This document shows, piece after piece, positions 1 to 9,123 of a stretch of 64,000 nt of DNA. Every line of letters starts with the position of its first letter. Position 1 is the first letter of the stretch. Source of the DNA: Candidatus Doudnabacteria bacterium RIFCSPHIGHO2_01_FULL_46_24 (lineage in GTDB: Bacteria > Patescibacteriota > Doudnabacteria > UBA920 > O2-02-FULL-48-8); contig MFEL01000012.1 of NCBI GenBank assembly GCA_001777575.1, forward strand, positions 2,027 to 66,026, read 5' to 3'. A model generated the notes under the pieces. It was not told the origin of the DNA. It searched no databases and saw only the letters and a program-made list of their open reading frames with translations. The position numbers and the translations under genes are program-made.

Positions 1-81
1 ATGGTACGACCCTTCACTGCCCTAAACTGATTTTTGACCCACTCTTTATGATTCATAACTCATTTAATTTTTATTGGCCAA

Positions 82-741
82 CTAGGTTTTATTTTGTTGG
101 TTTGGCGTTATTGCTCTAAGCAGCGCATCCGTCAATTGTATTGTTTGAGAAAATAGTTGCTCGCAATTGATAAGGTATTCATGGTCAATAATAATTCTCT
201 TGCCCTCGCTGTATCCTTCTGGTCTCAGCTCTTGTTTCGGTGGATCTCCAACCGGAATAAAACTGATCGCTGAATGAGCAAACAAGTTTCTAACTTTTCT
301 GACTTTATCTAAATTGATTAGTAACGCTTTGCAGTCTTTATCTCCAATTAATTTATGTTGTGTTGAAAGTTTTTTAAAAATTCTATACTTATCACTAAGG
401 CTCAAATCTTTTATTACTTCGTATAAAAATAGCGAAGAAAGATCGCTCACCTTTAAGTCACCTTTATCTTTATCAATCTTCAGAAGATGTTCCGGGAAAA
501 ATAAATGCTGAAGCAGCGAATCGAGCATTAGTTCAATCTGGATACATGCGGCCAACGTTCTCCCTCGAAGCTCTTTTATTTTTTTCTCTTGCTGTTGCCA
601 ATCTCTGTCCAAGCGTTCATCCACCATAACCTTTGCGCCGGGCGCTAATTCAATCCACCCATCCACAATAGGTGGTTGTGATTTCTTGTTATCATGAGAG
701 TTAGATTTTTTGTCCATTTTCGAGTAATTTTCGTTAGCCAA
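82..741 (-). CDS. HEPN-domain protein (putative RNase, Abi-like), last gene of the hsd operon
   Basis: 219-aa ORF, TTG start in track (internal ATG gives MDKKSN...). Contains RNLFAHS = Rx4H HEPN motif near the C-terminal third. Begins 4 bp after the upstream gene stop, so co-operonic. Confidence 0.45.
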   Translation of the reverse strand: MANENYSKMDKKSNSHDNKKSQPPIVDGWIELAPGAKVMVDERLDRDWQQQEKKIKELRGRTLAACIQIELMLDSLLQHLFFPEHLLKIDKDKGDLKVSDLSSLFLYEVIKDLSLSDKYRIFKKLSTQHKLIGDKDCKALLINLDKVRKVRNLFAHSAISFIPVGDPPKQELRPEGYSEGKRIIIDHEYLINCEQLFSQTIQLTDALLRAITPNQQNKT

Positions 742-744
742 TTA

Positions 745-1902
745 TTATTCATAAGGACTAATTTTTACAAACGATTCTCCTCTATCAAGCAAGTCTGAAT
801 AAGTTAGAATTTCTATACCATGCAAAGAATGATTTAACTTACGCAATGCTTCTTTTTTATATACATTCCAACCCTTGCTTTGTCCAATCAATATAAAAGC
901 CCTCGGTTTAAGCATTAAGCACTCTTTCTCATAAACTCTTTTGATCTCATTTTGGATCTCGAACCTTTGCCTATCTATTTCTCCAAGGTAATTTACCACT
1001 TGTCCAATTGCTTGATTTGCTTCTTTAGACCAAATCCAAGACCCGGGATGGCCTGAGTCTTCTTCCACAATTTCGGGTATCGGTAATTTAATCTCTAAGA
1101 TATCAACAAACCCATCCAATGTCGGAAATAAATAATCCGGCATTATTCCTGTGATATTTATTTTTTGCTTTTCGATAGGCGTCTCGTAATTAATCCCGAA
1201 CAACCAATTATGTTTATAGATCCACTTTTGCCAAAAATCATCTCCGGCTGTTTCAGAAAAAGTACTGTTACTAAGGCGATTCTTTAATTCATCAATAACC
1301 TTTTTCCTATGAACTTGCAATCTACCGGCAGAAAGCCTCTCAGTTAATTCAGGATCTTTGGTATTTGCTAGATCCCAAAATTCCTGTGAAAATCCTTTAT
1401 CTAATAATTGCTCTATTACGGCTTTTTTGTTTTCGTCATCAACCAATATAACTCTATTTTTATCTACAATTGTTGGCGTACTAATGCTTTGCAGCTTCTG
1501 TATTAATTCGTTCTTTGTTTCTGGGTTAAGGCTAGAGAAAATCTCGTCACCTGATGAACCAGCTATAACATCTTTTTTATCACTCTCTGAATAATGCTTT
1601 AACTTCCGAGCCAGAAATGCTTGAGTTCTGTTTTTTCCACTTTGAGCAATATTCTTACAAAAATCTTGGTAAACTTTTAAATTTATTACTAACTTATTAT
1701 CTTCCTGATAAAAATCGGCAGTCTCTGTTAATGTAAGAAAAATTTCTTTTCCCTGGTTATCTTCAAGATAGTGCGATAGACTAAGGTGGTAGTCAAAAGT
1801 CTTACTGAGATGTCCAGTATATTCTCTAATATCAAAATCGAAGAGTAGTTGTGTGTTGTTCTTCTTGTATCTTTTGAAAAAGGTAAACTTTGAAAAATCC
1901 AT
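745..1902 (-). CDS. Shedu-like (DUF4263) PD-(D/E)xK nuclease domain protein
   Basis: 385 aa. C-terminal PDYLFPTLDGFVDILEIKLP fits a D...E.K PD-(D/E)xK core, followed by the KPRAFILIGQSKGW/NHSLHGIEILTYSDLL segment typical of DUF4263. No Walker motifs. Tightly coupled to hsdM (5-bp gap). Confidence 0.5.
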   Translation of the reverse strand: MDFSKFTFFKRYKKNNTQLLFDFDIREYTGHLSKTFDYHLSLSHYLEDNQGKEIFLTLTETADFYQEDNKLVINLKVYQDFCKNIAQSGKNRTQAFLARKLKHYSESDKKDVIAGSSGDEIFSSLNPETKNELIQKLQSISTPTIVDKNRVILVDDENKKAVIEQLLDKGFSQEFWDLANTKDPELTERLSAGRLQVHRKKVIDELKNRLSNSTFSETAGDDFWQKWIYKHNWLFGINYETPIEKQKINITGIMPDYLFPTLDGFVDILEIKLPIPEIVEEDSGHPGSWIWSKEANQAIGQVVNYLGEIDRQRFEIQNEIKRVYEKECLMLKPRAFILIGQSKGWNVYKKEALRKLNHSLHGIEILTYSDLLDRGESFVKISPYE

Positions 1903-1906
1903 AAAG

Positions 1907-3331
1907 TTATAAAATATCTCTTATGCCTACAATACTGCTTCTGATTTTTCCTTCATTCTGTTCAATCGCTTGAATCAACTGCTCAGGTGATTTATTTGAT
2001 GTCTCGTCTTTACGATTTGGATTCTTGAAATCCAAATTAAAATTTCGTCCGCGGATTTGGTCTATACCCACTTTCCAGGCAAACTCATTTTCTGTCCGTT
2101 TATGCCACCATTTTTTGACTGGTTCAAATTCGGCATCAGTAATGCCGCGATTCTTCGTATATTGCTTCAGCCCTGCAGGCAATGGCAATTCGTAATACCA
2201 AACTTCCTTGGTCGGCTTGCCTTTGTCAAAAAAAACCAAATTAGTATTTACCCCAGCGTACGGGTTAAATACACCTTGCGGCAGACGCACTATTGTATGT
2301 AAATTATATTCTTCGAGCAATTTTTCTTTGATCCGGGACTTCACGCCTTCGCCAAATAGCGAACCATCCGGAAGTACGATGCCGCATCGGCCAGTTGGTT
2401 TGAGTAAGTGCATGAACAAAACTAAAAACAAATCAGCGGTTTCTTTGGTCCGGAAGGATTGCGGAAAATTATCCTCTGTTCCATCTTTCACGGATCCACC
2501 AAATGGCGGATTGGCAACAATCACGTCCACTCGATCTTTAGGCCCATAATCTCGAAGGGGCTTGGATAACATATCTCCCCTGCGGACCTGCTCTGGGATT
2601 TCTACACCATGCAAAATTAAATTGGTAATGGCCAGCAAATGCGGCAATGGTTTAAGCTCTACTCCTTGGACATTGGATTCCAAAGTTTGTTCTTGTTTTT
2701 TGGTTTTCACTTCAGCACTTCGGATGTGTTGCAAAGCGCTAACTAAGAAACCGCCAGTACCACAAGCTGGATCCAAAATTTTCTCGCCAAGCTTAGGATC
2801 CACCATTTGCACGATAAATTTAGTCAGCGGACGCGGCGTATAGAATTCACCTGCGTTGCCAGCGTTTTGTAATTCTTTGAGCAAATGTTCATAAATTTCA
2901 TTAAAGTGATGCCGATCGTCCTGACTGTTGAAATTAATTTCATTTAACTTATTCGCGACTTGCCGGATTAGTGTCCCAGACTTCATGTAATTATAACTAT
3001 CTTCAAACACTTCTCGGACAATCGCCCCGCGTTGATTGGCAGCAGAAATGGGCAGATCCTTCAACTGTTTGAAAAGTTTATTATTTATAAAATCCAAAAG
3101 CTCATCCCCGGTAATTCCTTCGGGATTAGCTGCCCAATTTCGCCAACGTAACTTTTCGGGAATTGGAGATTTATATTTCGGATCAATTAACTCGTATTCT
3201 TGCTCTTTATCGTCAAAAATCTTCAAAAAAAGCATCCAGACCAGTTGGGAAACCCTTTGGGCGTCGCCATCCACACCTGCGTCTTTGCGCATGATATCCT
3301 GAATTGACTTGATTACGTTTTGTAATGACAT
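1907..3331 (-). CDS. hsdM: Type I restriction-modification N6-adenine DNA methyltransferase subunit M
   Basis: 474 aa. IVANPPFGGS catalytic motif, AdoMet motif LDPACGTGGFLV, HsdM N-terminal domain. 4-bp overlap with hsdR stop. Confidence 0.9.
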   Translation of the reverse strand: MSLQNVIKSIQDIMRKDAGVDGDAQRVSQLVWMLFLKIFDDKEQEYELIDPKYKSPIPEKLRWRNWAANPEGITGDELLDFINNKLFKQLKDLPISAANQRGAIVREVFEDSYNYMKSGTLIRQVANKLNEINFNSQDDRHHFNEIYEHLLKELQNAGNAGEFYTPRPLTKFIVQMVDPKLGEKILDPACGTGGFLVSALQHIRSAEVKTKKQEQTLESNVQGVELKPLPHLLAITNLILHGVEIPEQVRRGDMLSKPLRDYGPKDRVDVIVANPPFGGSVKDGTEDNFPQSFRTKETADLFLVLFMHLLKPTGRCGIVLPDGSLFGEGVKSRIKEKLLEEYNLHTIVRLPQGVFNPYAGVNTNLVFFDKGKPTKEVWYYELPLPAGLKQYTKNRGITDAEFEPVKKWWHKRTENEFAWKVGIDQIRGRNFNLDFKNPNRKDETSNKSPEQLIQAIEQNEGKIRSSIVGIRDIL

Positions 3332-3334
3332 AGT

Positions 3335-5686
3335 TTAAACTTTATAAATTGAGGTCTCAATTTCCTTGATTGCGGACAAATATTTTTCTCGGCCACCGAA
3401 GATTATATTTACGATTTCATAAGGGGTACCGAATTTCGGAAAAGGTGAGACTTGTAAGTCATCAATGCTATCGATAGCGGTAATTCCCGCGTCAGCATAT
3501 TTTTCAATCAAGGCATCAATCACTTCTCGTGCCTTACCTTCATACTTAGCAAAATAATTTCTTTTTTTCACATTATCAGCTCTTTCTTTACGAGTCAGTG
3601 GCGGTTTACCAAAAGCTAAATGACAAACTAAATCGAAAGGATCCAGATCTTTTCCTATTTCCTTTTCTAATTCTTCAAAAATCACTCCTCGGGATTCAAG
3701 TTCGTTAATTATTGCTTCTTTTTTCTCGGCATTAGTCCAAGCTTTGAGAAAATCATCTAAAGATTTGTGTTCGCTCAAAATATTTTTCTTTGAATAATCT
3801 TTCAACGACTCAGTAATCAACTTGCCGTTTTCGTCCATATATTGGACGCGCTCATTAATAATCTTAACCGCAACGTTATTTACATAATATTTCTTTAGGT
3901 TTCCGCCCGGACCATCTATGATTATTATATCCGAACCTGAACCTTCAGTCGTTCCTGTGTCGTCAGGAGGGCCATCAGTCCCGGGTGGAGGATCTATAGG
4001 ATCATCGCCTTTTGGTTCATAAACTACAACCGGGTCACCATCGAAATCCGGATCGGAAAATAGTTCCGTCGCATTTCGAAAATCTAAAATTGTGAAATAA
4101 AACTTGTGATAATCCTCGCGAATCCGAGTACCGCGGCCAATGATTTGCTTGAATTCGGAAACAGAATTGATATTCGTATCCAGCACGATTAATTCGCAAG
4201 TTTGGGCATCGACTCCCGTAGTCATAAGCTTCGAGGTCACGGCAATCACCGGATAGACACTTTCTGGATCAATAAAATTATCCAACTCTTTTTTGCCTTC
4301 GTCGTTATCTCCAGTGATTCGAACGACATAACGGCGATTTTCTGCAACCAATTCAGAATTTTGATTTACTAACGCTTGGCGCATGCGCTCGGCGTGATCA
4401 ATATCTACACAAAATACAATGGTTTTTTGGTACGGGTTCGTACTCTTTAGATATTCGCTGATTTTACTCGCGACTAGCTGCGTTCGCTCATCAATGACTA
4501 AATTGCGGTCATAGTCCTTAGCGTTATAAATCCGATCCGGAACTTCATTACCATATTTATCGGTTTTGCCAATTTCTGGACGATATCCTTCGACGTCGCG
4601 ATCAAGAGTTAAACGGATCACTTTATATGGCGCCAAAAACCCATCTTCAATTCCTTGTTTCAAAGAATATGTATAAATCGACTCACCAAAATAACTTTGA
4701 GTTGAGATGTCCTTGGTTTCTTTCGGAGTGGCAGTCAAGCCAATTTGAGTGGCACTCTTGTAATAATCCAAGATTTCACGCCAAGCCGAATTATCTTTCG
4801 CGCTCCCTCGATGACATTCATCCACAATGACTAAATCAAAAAAATCTGGAGAAAATTGCTTGAAAATATTATTTTCTTCTTCGGTTCCAGTTAACCCCTG
4901 GTAAAGCGCTAAATAAATTTCGTATGCTTTATCGACGTTGCGGTGTTCAATCTTAACCATCTTATCGCCAAAGGGTACAAAGTCGTTATTTCTAGTTTGG
5001 TTCGCCAGAATATTACGATCAACCAAGAACAAAATCCGTTTTTTGGTTTTGGATTTCCATAACCGCCAAATGATTTGAAACGCGGTGTATGTTTTACCTG
5101 TACCTGTAGCCATGACTAATAATAATCGCTTTTGACCTTTGGCTACAGCTTCGACGGCTCGATTAATTGCAACTCTTTGGAAATAACGAGGCTCCTTGCC
5201 TCCTACTTCTTGATAATAGTCCTGGTCAATTATTTGCCCAATACGTTCATTAATATTTTTTGCTTTTTTGTATCGCTCATATAACTCAGTTGGAGACGGA
5301 AACGATTCAAGACTAATTTCATTCTCAATTTTCCCCTTTGTTATTGTACGATCATGTTCTAAAAACGCTTTACCGTTTGAACTATAGACAAATGGAATAT
5401 CAAGTGCTTCGGCGTAAGCTAAGCCTTGTTGCATTCCATCACCCACTGAATGATCTGGGTCTTTGGTTTCGATAAGGGCTAGTGGTAAATCATTTTTGTA
5501 ATAAAGAATAACGTCAACACGCTTGCCTTCACCCCGCTTAACTGTTTTTCCATGAACAATAATTCGGCCCGCGGTAAAATAATACTGCTCACGTATCTGT
5601 GTTTGCAGGTCCCATCCCGCAGTGGTAACAGCGGGGATAATAAATTTAGTGCTGATATCTTGTTCAGTTAGGTATGCTTTTCGCAT
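3335..5686 (-). CDS. hsdR: Type I restriction enzyme R subunit (short form)
   Basis: 783 aa. N-terminal PD-(D/E)xK (VDVILY...ALIETKD), Walker A LVMATGTGKT, DEAH box VIVDECHR, helicase C-terminal motifs. Confidence 0.85.
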   Translation of the reverse strand: MRKAYLTEQDISTKFIIPAVTTAGWDLQTQIREQYYFTAGRIIVHGKTVKRGEGKRVDVILYYKNDLPLALIETKDPDHSVGDGMQQGLAYAEALDIPFVYSSNGKAFLEHDRTITKGKIENEISLESFPSPTELYERYKKAKNINERIGQIIDQDYYQEVGGKEPRYFQRVAINRAVEAVAKGQKRLLLVMATGTGKTYTAFQIIWRLWKSKTKKRILFLVDRNILANQTRNNDFVPFGDKMVKIEHRNVDKAYEIYLALYQGLTGTEEENNIFKQFSPDFFDLVIVDECHRGSAKDNSAWREILDYYKSATQIGLTATPKETKDISTQSYFGESIYTYSLKQGIEDGFLAPYKVIRLTLDRDVEGYRPEIGKTDKYGNEVPDRIYNAKDYDRNLVIDERTQLVASKISEYLKSTNPYQKTIVFCVDIDHAERMRQALVNQNSELVAENRRYVVRITGDNDEGKKELDNFIDPESVYPVIAVTSKLMTTGVDAQTCELIVLDTNINSVSEFKQIIGRGTRIREDYHKFYFTILDFRNATELFSDPDFDGDPVVVYEPKGDDPIDPPPGTDGPPDDTGTTEGSGSDIIIIDGPGGNLKKYYVNNVAVKIINERVQYMDENGKLITESLKDYSKKNILSEHKSLDDFLKAWTNAEKKEAIINELESRGVIFEELEKEIGKDLDPFDLVCHLAFGKPPLTRKERADNVKKRNYFAKYEGKAREVIDALIEKYADAGITAIDSIDDLQVSPFPKFGTPYEIVNIIFGGREKYLSAIKEIETSIYKV

Positions 5687-5906
5687 AAAAAATTGAGCTT
5701 AAACTTTTCTACTTCCAACGCGCCACTCGACTGGCGCATTGGAGGACTTGCTGGGAAGCAGGTCTTTTTGCCTGGGATAATTCCGACGCCGATTGGCCAG
5801 CCTCGCCTAGCGAGTCTAGGCGGGCGGGTTCGGAGTATCTCGCCTTAGGCGAGATAAAAATTCAAGCTTTTTTTCGACTAAAAGTAAGCTAATAATGCCA
5901 CTTTTT
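5687..5906 (-). repeat. Conserved 5' leader element, copy 1 (upstream of hsdR), with 139-bp hairpin-rich insertion
   Basis: 5687-5750 and 5890-5906 align with 6757-6820 and 6824-6840. Conserved stem-loop tccaaCgcgccaCTCGACtggcgcAttgga at 5714-5743. Insertion 5751-5889 carries two 7-bp hairpins (cgcctag..ctaggcg, tctcgcc..ggcgaga). Confidence 0.6.
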
Positions 5907-5969
5907 GCATAAATTTACTAGAACCTGACTATTGACATAAAAGTCTAGTTGGTATATGGTATATTTACG

Positions 5970-6022
5970 GTATTCGAAAAAGGCGTCGGCTCTATTGGCC
6001 GATGGCCTTTTTCATTTTAGCC
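5970..6022 (-). terminator. Rho-independent terminator after DUF3800 gene (bidirectional A/T-flanked hairpin)
   Basis: aaaaaggcgtcggctctattggccgatggcctttttcatttt: GC stem flanked by A-tract and T-tract, overlapping the 3' end of ORF 5992-6756. Confidence 0.5.
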
Positions 6023-6756
6023 AAAAATCCGTCCGGTTTATGATGATGTATATTAAATCCGTAATTTCGAAAATTTGAAGTTAATGTAGATACTCCCAAG
6101 TTCCTCTTGAATTGCTCTTTAAAATACATCTTGGCCTGCGAAGGCAAAGGGATTAATTTCTCATTTATCAAAAGCTCATAATTAATGCTGCCAACCAATA
6201 AATCTGTAAGTTGCAAAAGATCATTTGAACGCGAATCCAACCGGCAAACTCCGGCAATTGCCAATCTACTGAATTCATTATTTATTCTGTTTTTAATATT
6301 TACCTCAAACCTTGATCTTTTTGGACTTACTACGTTGTCAGCCAACACAGTCAAAACTTCATTTTTTCGTAGATTGCCTTTAATTAACTCCTGAGCAATT
6401 TGTTCGTATGCAAAAAATGGGTCGCTATGATAATTTTCTTTAAAATACTTGCTCCTCTTGTCAATACTATATGAGGAAAAATGAATGCTATGGGTAGCAA
6501 ATAATGCTGATAAAATTTCCAAAGCAACGGGTAGCTTTGCCTTATTTAGATCATTAAACTTTACTTCCCACCAAAATTGATTTTTCTCCCTGATGTACCG
6601 GATCTTCTGCTGTAAAAAGTAAGGCTGAGAAACTTTAACCATACCCACCGTAAAATATGGCTGAGATTTCTGATCCAGCGTACCTGATTCGTCCAAAAAA
6701 CAAAACGGCGTCCAAATTTGCCTGAAATCTTTAATCGTTAGATTATTTTCTGCCAT
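5992..6756 (-). CDS. DUF3800 family protein
   Basis: 254 aa. N-terminal CFLDESG motif and QLTDLLVGSI motif characteristic of DUF3800. Start codon directly abuts leader element copy 2. Confidence 0.6.
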   Translation of the reverse strand: MAENNLTIKDFRQIWTPFCFLDESGTLDQKSQPYFTVGMVKVSQPYFLQQKIRYIREKNQFWWEVKFNDLNKAKLPVALEILSALFATHSIHFSSYSIDKRSKYFKENYHSDPFFAYEQIAQELIKGNLRKNEVLTVLADNVVSPKRSRFEVNIKNRINNEFSRLAIAGVCRLDSRSNDLLQLTDLLVGSINYELLINEKLIPLPSQAKMYFKEQFKRNLGVSTLTSNFRNYGFNIHHHKPDGFLAKMKKAIGQ

Positions 6757-6845
6757 AAAAAATTGAGGTTAAACTACTCTAGTTTTCAACACGCCAGTCG
6801 AGTGGCGCGTTGGAAATATACTCTAATAATGCCACTTTTTGGGCA
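6757..6845 (-). repeat. Conserved 5' leader element, copy 2 (upstream of DUF3800 gene)
   Basis: aaaaaattgagGttaaact...caacacgccaGTCGAGtggcgcGttgga...taataatgccacttttt. Stem preserved with loop substitutions relative to copy 1. TATAAT (RC of 6853-6858) immediately upstream in mRNA sense. Confidence 0.6.
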
Positions 6846-7040
6846 AAAATACAATTATAAACGCCCCACATAAGTGGAGCGCTGGATCGGCTTTCACAGG
6901 AAAACGAGATTAGGTTTTACTCGCAATCCGAAGATTGTTTCAGAATTCAAGTTCGGTGTTACATTCAAAATTGGATCCCGGATCGCCCTCCCTTGTGTTT
7001 AAGCTCTTGGGGTCGTGGCGTCCGGGATGGGGCCTGCGGG

Positions 7041-7799
7041 CTAATTCTTCGCCATATAAAACTTTCTCTGTTTTTCTGGGAATTTTTCGATGGCGTAGCG
7101 GAGCATGGTGCGGGGCATGATTTTGTAATGCTTTTTGAGGAATTTGATCTCTGTTGGCAGGGAGCGGTTGCCGACTTCGCGCAGCATCCAGCCTACGGCT
7201 TTATGGATGAGGTCGTGCTTGTCTTGCAGTAAAATTTCCGCGATTTCCAAAGTTTTGGCAAATTGATTTTGCTTGATGAAGTGGTAAGTGGCGATGATGG
7301 CAACCCGGCGCTCCCAGAGATTTTGGGATCTTGCCAGTTTGTTTAGAATTCCTGTCGGCTTGCCAAGCAAGTAAGCGCCCAAGATTTTGTCAGCGCTAAG
7401 ATCAACTAAATCCCAGTTGTTCACGCGATCGATATGGTCCAAGTAAAATTTATAGATTCTAGTTTTTTGGCTTTGCTCGCCGCGATTGAATTGAATGACC
7501 AAGATCAAAAACCCAATCTGCCGCTCCTCGTGGATTTTTGACTTAAGCAGCGTTTCGATCTCGCGAAAACCAAGATGCGAATACTTTTTTGCCAAGAGGC
7601 GCTGAGTGGCAGAATTGAGGCCCACAAATTGATCGCCATAACCGTATTGGCCTTTTCCGGTTTTAAAAAACCATTGCGAGCTTGTGGCTCGCTTTGGGTC
7701 AGCCAACTTTTTAATATCTTTAGTTAAAGATTTAAGCGAAGGATTGTAAGTGATTATACTAAGGCCGGATATTAAATGGCTTTTTATTGGCTTCCACAA
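7041..7799 (-). CDS. DNA alkylation repair protein (AlkD/AlkC-like HEAT-repeat)
   Basis: 252 aa. Family-typical motifs (WFFKTGKGQYGYGDQFVG, WDLVD, LRYAIEKFPE) of the Pfam DNA_alkylation family. 40-nt overlap with upstream STAS ORF suggests the start is slightly downstream of 7799. Confidence 0.6.
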   Translation of the reverse strand: MWKPIKSHLISGLSIITYNPSLKSLTKDIKKLADPKRATSSQWFFKTGKGQYGYGDQFVGLNSATQRLLAKKYSHLGFREIETLLKSKIHEERQIGFLILVIQFNRGEQSQKTRIYKFYLDHIDRVNNWDLVDLSADKILGAYLLGKPTGILNKLARSQNLWERRVAIIATYHFIKQNQFAKTLEIAEILLQDKHDLIHKAVGWMLREVGNRSLPTEIKFLKKHYKIMPRTMLRYAIEKFPEKQRKFYMAKN

Positions 7800-8052
7800 G
7801 TATTTTAAGTGTCGCCTGCACCGAAAGGTTATCGCTCGACAAAAGTACCAGACGTTCGCCTAGTTGGTTTAACAATGGACTTAAGAATTCATCAGCCCAT
7901 GATGGCGACAATGTTAAGACGCCAGAAAAATCAACATCCAATGATTCATCAGGGCGAATTTCCCGTAAAGTAGGCTGAAAAGCCTTAAAAGCCTCACTGC
8001 CCAATTCCCGAGATATTAAAGTTTTTCCAAATTTTTCTAACTCTAACTTCAT
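7759..8052 (-). CDS. STAS-like (DUF4325 / anti-sigma-antagonist-like) small protein
   Basis: 97 aa, size and pattern of STAS-like DUF4325. 20 bp downstream of the GHKL ATPase gene. Confidence 0.45.
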   Translation of the reverse strand: MKLELEKFGKTLISRELGSEAFKAFQPTLREIRPDESLDVDFSGVLTLSPSWADEFLSPLLNQLGERLVLLSSDNLSVQATLKILVEANKKPFNIRP

Positions 8053-8072
8053 AAATGTTTATAAAATATTAA

Positions 8073-8801
8073 TTAAAATTCTATTTTTGCTAAACACCCT
8101 CTCGGGTTGTTTTGGCCACGAGTAACCTGAAACACCTTATCAGAACCCTGCATTCTCACTTCCGCATCCCCGCTGGTAAAAAACAGGTCAATGGGTTGGC
8201 TGAGAACAATTTCGCGAACAGATTTAAGTCCATTTCCTCGTTTCTCTGGCGCGCGACCTGATATGAATTCGGTAAACGCAACCTGGACCGCGGTAACATG
8301 ATTCGGAAGGTCGGGACGAACTTGCCTTAATGTCTCTAAGATGCCTAAACCCCGATCGGCAAGAACAATAATTCTTTTTTGAAGATCATACCCAAAAAAA
8401 ATTCCGGGCGTATCTGGCCACTTGCCTAAATTATGAGCAAAAGAATTATCGCCAATCTCTCCTGTAACTAAGACGATCAAGGAATACAATTTCTCAAATC
8501 CTGGTTTTTGCACCAATTCGTATTCCATTTTAGAAAGCTTGGCATTAAAAATTGAGCTTGTCTGGCAATAGAACTTGCCAGGGAATTCAGAATTATTTTG
8601 TGTCCATTCCGAGGCAAATTTAAAAAGATCGCTCGAAAAAATTTCAAGATCTTTTTCCCGGTAATACCTGTGCTTCCCGCCTTCTTTTCGAATCGCAATT
8701 AACTTACCACTTTCGTCCCATCGACGCAGTGTATTTTGAGAAACCCCTAAATATCGGGCGGCTTGGCTTATAGTGAGTAATCTTTCATCATCCATGGCCA
8801 T
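8073..8801 (-). CDS. HTH (excisionase/HTH_17-type) fused to GHKL/HATPase_c ATPase (RsbW-like kinase fold)
   Basis: 242 aa. N-terminal TISQAARYLGVSQNTLRRWDESGKL (HTH_17). C-terminal N-box GEIGDNSFAH, G1 DRGLGI, G2 RGNGLKSV. Confidence 0.55.
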   Translation of the reverse strand: MAMDDERLLTISQAARYLGVSQNTLRRWDESGKLIAIRKEGGKHRYYREKDLEIFSSDLFKFASEWTQNNSEFPGKFYCQTSSIFNAKLSKMEYELVQKPGFEKLYSLIVLVTGEIGDNSFAHNLGKWPDTPGIFFGYDLQKRIIVLADRGLGILETLRQVRPDLPNHVTAVQVAFTEFISGRAPEKRGNGLKSVREIVLSQPIDLFFTSGDAEVRMQGSDKVFQVTRGQNNPRGCLAKIEF

Positions 8802-8929
8802 ATCTTAACATAATCCCTAAATCTACACAATATCAATCCAAATCTACCCAAAAGTAGCTAAATCTACCATAATAATAGGGAATAAACACCCCATACGGGT
8901 GTGAGGTTTTAAATCCTTATATAAAACCT

Positions 8930-8955
8930 AAAGCCCCGCATATTGCGGGGCTTTA
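8930..8955 (-). terminator. Rho-independent terminator downstream of metallopeptidase gene
   Basis: aaagccccgcaatatgcggggcttt: perfect 11-bp stem, 3-nt loop, T-rich flank on minus strand. Confidence 0.6.
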
Positions 8956-9123
8956 GCAAAAGTGCGCTATTCCCATGTAGTGTTTTGATTATTCTCTTAA
9001 TTCTCTCCTCAAGACTTAACCGTCTTTTTGGTTTTGCTACAGGGAATGGCCCACTTGCGGCACATCCTGTTGCATCCTGACATCTCTCCTTTCACCTTAA
9101 GTCTATACCCTATTCTAGGCTTG

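Noticed and set aside
5930-5965. TTGACA-N17-TATATG promoter-like motif on the plus strand in the hsdR leader
   Set aside because: Points away from any plus-strand gene and into the DUF3800 terminator; likely coincidental A/T-rich match.
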